A DNA stretch of 64,000 bases, from contig JAQGDQ010000419.1 of the NCBI GenBank assembly GCA_030141605.1, positions 62,001 through 126,000 of the forward strand. The letters run 5' to 3'. The position numbers and the translations under genes were made by a program. Of the stretch, positions 55,901 through 64,000 are shown one piece after another. Source of the stretch: Tubiluchus corallicola (lineage: Eukaryota > Animalia > Priapulida). The notes beneath the pieces were generated by a model. That model saw nothing but the letters and a program-made list of their open reading frames with translations, was not told where the DNA came from and did not search any database. Within the stretch, counting starts at the first letter, position 1. The number at the start of each line of letters is the position of its first letter.

Positions 55901-58900
55901 AAAATTGGTGTTTGTATCTAACAAACAACATTAACGCACATAGAAAACATCACATTAAAACGGAAAAAAGATAAGCGCCATCACATTAAACTGGAAAAAA
56001 GATAAGCGCCATCACATTAAACTGGAAAAAAGATAAGCGCCATCACATTAAAACGGAAAAAAGATAAGCGCCATCACATTAAACTGGAAAAAAGATAAAC
56101 GCCGTCACATTAAAATGGAAAAAAGATAAACGCCGTCACATTAAACTGGAAAAAAGATAAACGCCATCACATTAAACTGGAAAAAAGATAAACGCCGTCA
56201 CATTAAAATGGAAAAAAGATAAACGCCGTCACATTAAACTGGAAAAAAGATAAGCGCCATCACATTAAACTGGAAAAAAGATAAGCGCCATCACATTAAA
56301 ACGGAAAAAAGATAAGCGCCATCACATTAAACTGGAAAAAAGATAAACGCCGTCACATTAAAATGGAAAAAAGATAAACGCCGTCACATTAAACTGGAAA
56401 AAAGATAAGCGCCATCACATTAAACTGGAAAAAAGATAAGCGCCATCACATTAAAACGGAAAAAAGATAAGCGCCATCACATTAAACTGGAAAAAAGATA
56501 AGCGCCATCACATTAAACTGGAAAAAAGATAAGCGCCATCACATTAAAACGGAAAAAAGATAAGCGCCATCACATTAAACTGGAAAAAAGATAAACGCCG
56601 TCACATTAAAAGGGAAAAAAGATAAACGCCGTCACATTAAAATGGAAAAAAGATAAACGCCGTCACATTAAACTGGAAAAAAGATAAGCGCCATCACATT
56701 AAACTGGAAAAAAGATAAGCGCCATCACATTAAAACGGAAAAAAGATAAGCGCCATCACATTAAACTGGAAAAAAGATAAACGCCGTCACATTAAACTGG
56801 AAAAAAGATAAACGCCGTCACATTAAACTGGAAAAAAGATAAGCGCCATCACATTAAACTGGAAAAAGATAAGCGCCATCACATTAAAACGGAAAAAAGA
56901 TAAGCGCCATCACATTAAACTGGAAAAAAGATAAGCGCCATCACATTAAAACGGAAAAAAGATAAGCGCCATCACATTAAACTGGAAAAAGATAAACGCC
57001 ATCACATTAAACTGGAAAAAAGATAAACGCCGTCACATTAAACTGGAAAAAGATAAACGCCATCACATTAAACTGGAAAAAAGATAAACGCCGTCACATT
57101 AAACTGGAAAAAAGATAAGCGCCATCACATTAAACTGGAAAAAAGATAAGCGCCATCACATTAAAACGGAAAAAAGATAAGCGCCATCACATTAAAACGG
57201 AAAAAAGATAAGCGCCATCACATTAAACTGGAAAAAAGATAAACGCCGTCACATTAAAATGGAAAAAAGATAAACGCCGTCACATTAAACTGGAAAAAAG
57301 ATAAGCGCCATCACATTAAACTGGAAAAAAGATAAGCGCCATCACATTAAAACGGAAAAAAGATAAGCGCCATCACATTAAACTGAAAAAAAGATAAGCG
57401 CCATCACATTAAACTGGAAAGATAAACGCCATCACATTAAACTGAAAGATAAACGCCATCACATTAAACTGGAAAAAAGATAAACGCCGTCACATTAAAC
57501 TGGAAAAAAGATAAGCGCCATCACATTAAACTGGAAAAAAGATAAGCGCCATCACATTAAACTGGAAAAAGATAAACGCCATCACATTAAACTGGAAAAA
57601 AGATAAACGCCGTCACATTAAACTGGAAAAAAGATAAACGCCGTCACATTAAAATAGAAAAAAGATAAACGACGTCACATTAAAATGGAAAAAAAACGCC
57701 GTCACATTAAACTGGAAAAAAGATAAGCGCCATCACATTAAACTGGAAAAAAGATAAGCGCCATCACATTAAACTGGAAAAAAGATAAACGCCGTCACAT
57801 TAAACTGGAAAAAAGATAAACGCCGTCACATTAAAATAGAAAAAAGATAAACGACGTCACATTAAAATAGAAAAAAGATAAACGACGTCACATTAAAATG
57901 GAAAAAAAACGCCGTCACATTAAACTGGAAAAAAGATAAGCGCCATCACATTAAACTGGAAAAAAGATAAACGACGTCACATTAAAATGGAAAAAAAACG
58001 CCGTCACATTAAACTGGAAAAAAGATAAACGCCATCACATTAAACTGGAAAAAAGATAAGCGCCATCACATTAAACTGGAAAAAAGATAAACGCCGTCAC
58101 ATTAAACTGGAAAAAAGATAAACGCCGTCACATTAAACTGGAAAAAAGATAAACGACGTCACATTAAACTGGAAAAAAGATAAACGCCGTCACATTAAAA
58201 TAGAAAAAAGATAAACGACGTCACATTAAAATGGGGAAAAAAACGCCGTCACATTAAACTGGAAAAAAGATAAGCGCCATCACATTAAACTGGAAAAAAG
58301 ATAAACGCCATCACATTAAACTGGAAAAAAGATAAACGCCGTCACATTAAACTGGAAAAAAGATAAACGCCGTCACATTAAAATAGAAAAAAGATAAACG
58401 ACGTCACATTAAAATAGAAAAAAGATAAACGACGTCACATTAAAATGGGAAAAAAACGCCGTCACATTAAACTGGAAAAAAGATAAACGCCGTCACATTA
58501 AACTGGAAAAAAGATAAACGCCGTCACATTAAAATAGAAAAAAGATAAACGACGTCACATTAAAATAGAAAAAAGATAAACGACGTCACATTAAAATGGA
58601 AAAAAAACGCCGTCACATTAAACTGGAAAAAAGATAAACGCCATCACATTAAACTGGAAAAAAGATAAACGCCGTCACATTAAACTGGAAAAAAGATAAG
58701 CGCCATCACATTAAACTGGAAAAAGATAAGCGCCATCACATTAAACTGGAAAAAAGATAAGCGCCATCACATTAAACTGGAAAAAAGATAAACGCCGTCA
58801 CATTAAACTGGAAAAAAGATAAACGCCATCACATTAAAATGGAAAAAAGATAAACGCCGTCACATTAAAATGGAAAAAAGATAAACGCCGTCACATTAAA

Positions 58901-61900
58901 ATGGAAAAAAGATAAACGCCATCACATTAAAATGGAAAAAAGATAAACGACGTCACATTAAACTTTAAAAAAGATAAGCGCCATCACATTAAACTGGAAA
59001 AAAGATAAACGCCGTCACATTAAAATGGAAAAAAGATAAGCGCCATCACATTAAAATGGAAAAAGATAAGCGCTGTTACCTATCCCTAGACAACTGGGTG
59101 GTGGGCAAGGACCGTCATCGCGTGAGAAATGTGCTAGTATGACAAGAACTTTGACGAAGCAGCTGCGCACTTCCGAGCTCGGACATTCAAGGAGGTACTC
59201 GGAGAACCGGCCCGGATGAGCGAAGAGGACGTTATGTGTGAACCAGCTTCGTGCCACGACGCAGTAGCGAAGATGCATACACAGAGCGTCCGACCATTCT
59301 AATGCAGGACCCCTGTAATGATATGAAATGAGAAATGGAAATTATAACAACAAATAAACACGTTGATACAATACAGCCATTGTAAATAAGTGAAAAACCA
59401 ATTATTTGTAATAATAAATATTGTAAGGAGGTTTCAGCAAACACTGATTTTCAGTAAAAAAGACAACTGCTAGCCAGGGACAAAGAAATGAAGTTTTTTT
59501 GTGAGCTAAAATTGACGGTCAACCATCTAATTTACTGTTATACAATGATGACTTACACTTGTACATATTGGCAAGTTCAAAACTCTTCACCCAGTTCTGG
59601 TACTGCCACAAATTTGTAGTAACTGCTGCAGTAAGCCACAGTAATTTCCAGTAAAACTACATTCACGTTGAATAAGGTTACTTATTTATGTGCAGAGGGT
59701 ATACTGCACAACTCTTCCAAAGGCTATAAACCACCACAAACAGTTTAGCACTTAATATGCAAGCGTTAGGCCATGGATAGATAGATTCCATGAATTATAC
59801 TGGTTTTCATGGAAACAACATCTTCTACTTTATAACGCACAACTGAGCACAAATTAGGATGCGTATAAGACGGATGTCAAGTATAAAATACAAGAAACGC
59901 GAGTAGAAAAATTAGCTGGATACCTACCTTAGCGTTTTCTTCGTGTGAAATCCTACGGTAAATAAAAACTTGGCAGCTAATTGTATACTTGTCATTGCTA
60001 ACTCTTCCCCCTCTCTTGACTGTAAATAGAAGCCAACAGATTTAAACATAAGAACAGAAATAAACATAGTACATATGTGATGCATACTAGATGTATCCCA
60101 ACTTACACCAACAATTTTAAACAGTCTTAGTTTGCATACTGAAACTTCCAAGTCAAATCAAGATCACGTATATTACTAACAAACGGTAATACTCTTACTA
60201 TCATCACATGCAAAGTTTCTCAAAAAAAAAGAAATCGGACAAATTTGACAACGTGAAACAAACTAGCTGTTTACAATTAAAACAAATGCTAAACCTTCTG
60301 AGAGTTTATGTTTATTTCAATGTTTGCGAAAAATGTTAGAAGGATTTAGTAACAAAAGTGCGATAAGCTTCTCACGTGATTAGTAAAGTCACGTTCTTTT
60401 CACGCTTGGGTGCTCACATTCTGAACGCCCATTCTTCCACCGATGATGTCATTCATCGACTGAAGAAAGCATTCCACAGCCAATTTCCATCAAAAGTATA
60501 ATAAGTTTTTACGAAAAATAGGTAGTTCATTTTGAGATATTTTTGCACAAACATCATGTAAGCTTCAGAACTTTGAATTTGTTCAAGCAGCAGGTTTACG
60601 GAAAGCCATACTACGCTTTGGAGAAGTCCACCACTTACATCATAATTTTCAAGCGAATAATGGCTACCACTGCTCTTAAAAATGTTTATTCAGCGGTAAC
60701 ATAAATTACCTTTATGCTTTACTAACATTTTTCTTGCAAATTTCTTTGACTTTGACATATGTGTCAAAAAAATATGTCAAAGAAATTTGCAAGAAAAATG
60801 TTAGTAAAGCATAAACGTAATTTTTCTCCTAAATAATTCTAAGCACAAGCTAGCCATTGTTCTCTTGAAAATTATGATGTAAGTGATAATAGTAAAATGA
60901 AACCAACACGCTAAGCGACGCGTCTCTTCCTTTAAAGAATTGAAAAAAATTGCTTGAAAATCAGTGTGCAAAACTAATGTGGATTCTACATCGTCTCAGC
61001 GCCAACAGTTGAAACTCACCAGCTTATCCTGTCCTGATGTAACAGAAACGTAAGACGCATTGCAGCTAACAAGCTTCTTTATAAATTGGAAGTACTCCAG
61101 ACTAAAATGGTTTTTGCTGTGCATGAACTGTACATTTTGCTTACATACGCACTTATAGATGGGCAACGGCATCGGTGATTTCTTTTCTATAGAAAAACAA
61201 AACAAATAACTCAAACAAAAGTTAACTAAACTTAAACCAATAGCAAAAAAAACAAACCCACCAACAATATATTAATTCTCTTGTATATATTTATATATAT
61301 ATAAGATTCGAGGCTACAGCTCGGACGACGGCACCATTTGCGGCGAACTATGCATCAAACGAAAGGTCTCGATCTAGTGTCGTGCCATTGGGGGTTTATT
61401 TTTCGAATCGGGCCCACCGGGACGAACGGGGGGAAAAAAAGGTTTTTCGGCCGTTTTTTGCAAAACTTATACCTCTTATTTCTGTAAAACGGGAACAGGC
61501 CATGGGTGGTGCTGACTATGGATAGATAGCTCGTTCAGCGGTGGATGTAGCAGGCTTATTTAGAATTCGCGAGAGGGCCACTGCGTCCCATAACGGACGT
61601 TTTCCCGGACCAAACTCGCGATTTTTTCGAAATTTTGACCAAACAGCATGCGCAAAAAACGTTCTAGCGGCGCTTAGTGTGACTCTCGGAAGGAGATATA
61701 TGGCTCTTTAGAAAGAGCAAGAACAGGGCTACACGATGGTGTGGACTGCATTTTAGGACAGTCCACCAAAAGGAGTACGACGAGTTAATTAGATGCTATT
61801 TTTGGCAATTTTGCTTGCAAACTGCTGACGCAAAGCCATTGTTCTGACGTCATCCATTATACTCTGTCTATAACCTTAAAACTTTAATTCAGTTAAGCTA

Positions 61901-64000
61901 CTGAATTTGCGTTATAAATGAACACTAGATAGGATGTTTGCGTATTATTGATTATACGTGTATTTATACGCAAAATTTTTTACAGGGCCTTTGCTAGTGT
62001 TAAAATAATTTAGAATTGATGGGCGGAAAATCAAAAGGTGCAACTACGTACCAATCTGCAGTGCTTCAAGATTGCGACTAATATCATCAGCCTGATCTTT
62101 CCGCTCATAAAACAGTATATAGGCGTTCCACCAGCGCTTCTGTCTTCTATATGACATTCTGAAATTAGTAAAAATTAATAAATATTAGGTGCTGCCAACA
62201 CAGTTGTAGTGTAAATTGTAGATTAGTACAAAATGTAATCCGGGTGAGCCAGGGATCACAATACACAACTCTGTAAGGGAATTTTCCCAAAGCATCCGCT
62301 TTTCGTTAGTTCCCAACCATCCTCTTGGAGCGCTACAATAGTGCAATTGATTTTGCAAACTAGTACTGTGAATTGAATATTAAAGGTTGCCCTACGAACA
62401 CTGTAACATTACTTTCAAAGCAAGTAACAATGTAAATGTTTCCGCCTTTCACACAGTTTTATCATTTTTCATTTTACTCATTACTAAAAGTTCTTATAAT
62501 CTTAAAATACGACAGTCTTTATTATTATTATTATAATTATGAGTTTATTTCGTATAAAAATATACAGTTTACAAAGATAAAGATGTTAGTAAAACAGGTA
62601 ATGCGATGTTAGTAAAGTAACATATCTACAGACATTCAACTTTATAATAACCACACATTGTAGTACCCTTGTAATTATATTACATTATACAGTGTTGTAA
62701 GAAGCTATAATAGATATCTTAAAACATAATCTTTAAATGAGTTCTTAACCTTTAACTTTACATTTTTCGTTTAGATCTACAGTACAACCATATTTAAATC
62801 TTAAATTTACTTGACTGTTATTTACATAATAGCATAGCTTTGGAATTTTCAATGTGCAAGACTGCAATTTTTCTCACAAAGTTTAATTTTCGACTATCTA
62901 TTAAATAATATATATGATAGATCTAACATTGCCACTCACAGCACATCAGTAACTTTATTATTAAGAAACAGCTTACTTTTTAAGCATGTGATCGAACACT
63001 TCGCCCATATATTCTCCACCAAAGCACTGATTCTTCATCTCTTCGTCATCGTGCATGTTACATTCTGAAACCTCACCGTCATCAAACTTGTACCATTTAC
63101 CTGTTCCATCCGCACTCCTAGAATAAACACAAACACGACAACATTTAGAAACCAAACAAAATCTGCGATAAATTTAGTTCCAGCCATAATGGCCAAATAA
63201 AAGACTAGATTTATTATAAATTATCCGTGGATTTATTAGGCAAATTTTAAAAGCATATGTACACTGATCTTTGGTGATATATACAAACACATCATTCTTA
63301 TTTAATTTTTTGGTACAGGTAGCTAAATGTAACTTGATAGAATGTACTGATATTTAACAGGACAATACAGAACTGAGCAGAGAGCCACAGGTTTCGACTC
63401 AGTTTTCTTTCTTAAGTGTTTTTGTTTTATCAGTGCAACTTTCAATCTGTGTTTATTTACTTGTTTTCAACTTTTAAGTGCCAGTATAGAAATCACTGTG
63501 TAAGTCGACTTTGAAACACGATGTCACGTGTTTAATTTTTTAATACGTACCTGTGTAAAATGTAAGAATAGTAGTGACCACCACTTGCTTGACCGCTGTG
63601 TACCAGCACACCGACCAGTCTATACTTTGTGCATAAACTACTTCGTAGTGACTCGTCGATGTCATCATCATCATCACTAATCATTTCACCTGTAAACATA
63701 AAAGAGTTGAACTCGGTCGATAGCTTGAACAGATTAATCTATTCAAAATAATGGTTTTAAATGACATTTCGACAGTAACCTCCTATGGGATAATCAAATT
63801 TGCAGCAGAAATTAATACGAACCTTCCACTTTAGCTAGACCTTGTACCGTGTAAGGTTCCATGTCGACTTCCCGCGGAAACTCGAAATAATCGTTGAATT
63901 TGATTGCACATTCGCGTTCGTAGTCGTAGTCGAAGCGTTTCAGCTGAATGGCGAGTACTCGAGGTAGCTTCTTTAGACATAATCGTTTCACCGTGTCAAC
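46957..64000 (-). CDS. USP9X: Ubiquitin carboxyl-terminal hydrolase FAF-X / USP9X (fat facets) ortholog, C-terminal about 794 aa; gene begins beyond the right edge
   Basis: Exons in transcription order: 64000-63823, 63689-63551, 63117-62977, 62158-62052, 61186-61020, 60019-59928, 59312-59080, 55267-55125, 54299-54126, 53175-53014, 51935-51767, 50614-50412, 48601-48455, 47423-47331, 47193-46957 (TAA). Motifs: [27 protein letters not shown], His box [106 protein letters not shown]. The last two exons are low-complexity and less certain. Confidence 0.93.
47082..47140 (-). repeat. In-frame 30-bp duplication in the last USP9X exon
   Basis: cttctgtggaagcaaaagaaacctgcggt occurs twice, giving PQVSFASTE(G)/PQVSFASTE(E). 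Confidence 0.85.
47580..48435 (-). mobile_element. Two related Tigger-like MITE fragments; the terminus plus flank of one is tandemly triplicated (51-52 bp, about 48280-48435)
   Basis: TA-cagtc(g/a)aac termini near 47717 and 48312; shared cccaaatttttagcaaaa...tgcatcgac; gtttgactgtagttccaaaacttcccactag occurs three times. Confidence 0.65.
49199..50447 (-). repeat. 50-bp tandem array of a USP9X exon 3' end plus its 5' splice site, 25 copies
   Basis: Sense unit gcgtgttcagtagagtggttgaacgatgaactagaaagg|gtaagcactaa, exact period 50; donor positions run from 50411 to 49211. Confidence 0.97.
50800..50940 (-). mobile_element. Probable CR1/L2-type LINE 3' remnant
   Basis: On the minus strand, a ggggtggc/gccacccc stem is followed by AATAAA and a (ttgaa)n tail. 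Confidence 0.4.
52288..52701. mobile_element. Tc1/mariner-like MITE
   Basis: TA|ccgggtggcgcagaaaaaagtgtgctgaaattt...aaatctcggcacattttttgcaccagcctg imperfect TIRs. Confidence 0.6.
53222..53924. repeat. 21-22-bp minisatellite, about 32 copies, ending about 45 nt upstream of a USP9X acceptor
   Basis: Unit atcaccaataaaagtagtatgt with 21-bp variant attacaataaaagtagtatgt. Confidence 0.95.
54351..54890. mobile_element. hAT-like MITE whose right terminus is repeated four times (59-bp unit, 54654-54890)
   Basis: Termini tggtggcatagc...gctacgcccctg; 8-bp TSD actgcagc/accgcagc; ctaactttagaacctggctacgcccctg occurs four times. Confidence 0.8.
55948..59073. repeat. 31-bp satellite, about 100 copies, filling most of a USP9X intron
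   Basis: Unit cgccatcacattaaactggaaaaaagataag with a few recurring variants; 3126 bp divided by 31. Confidence 0.98.
60632..60885. repeat. Long nested inverted repeat (foldback)
   Basis: Inner arms 60703-60750 and 60776-60823 (48 bp, one mismatch); outer arms 60632-60666 and 60851-60885. Confidence 0.9.
61282..61997 (+). mobile_element. GC-rich insertion, possibly a non-autonomous Helitron-like element
   Basis: Abrupt CpG-rich block starting at a (TA)n run, no TIR/TSD seen, candidate 3' end gggcctttgCTAG|t; classification is by resemblance only. Confidence 0.35.
63551..63689 (-). CDS. USP9X: USP9X exon carrying the USP catalytic His box
   Basis: tttacag|...[25 protein letters not shown]|gtacgt. 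Confidence 0.92.

Overview
AT-rich, intron-rich animal genomic DNA, probably an invertebrate; it is not prokaryotic and no CRISPR, rRNA or tRNA genes are evident. I built three spliced genes by hand with phase-consistent GT-AG junctions. (1) The 5' part of a latrophilin/Cirl-type adhesion GPCR on the minus strand (7 coding exons, 13094 down to 2010, running off the left edge). (2) A complete cohesin SA/stromalin (STAG1/2-like) gene on the plus strand (23 coding exons, 20725-42054, about 1145 aa), divergent from the GPCR. (3) The 3' part of a USP9X/fat facets deubiquitinase on the minus strand (15 exons, 64000 down to 46957), convergent with STAG. Introns contain many MITEs (several with checked TIRs and TSDs), SINE and LINE remnants and tandem arrays. 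The most unusual signal is a set of tandem arrays tied to splice sites. A 50-bp unit made of a USP9X exon end plus its 5' splice site is present in 25 copies. A 31-bp unit of about 100 copies starts about 6 nt after another USP9X donor and reads as a 3' splice site on the sense strand. Smaller donor-proximal arrays and arrays seeded by transposon termini also occur. All coordinates come from manual reading; no database searches were run.
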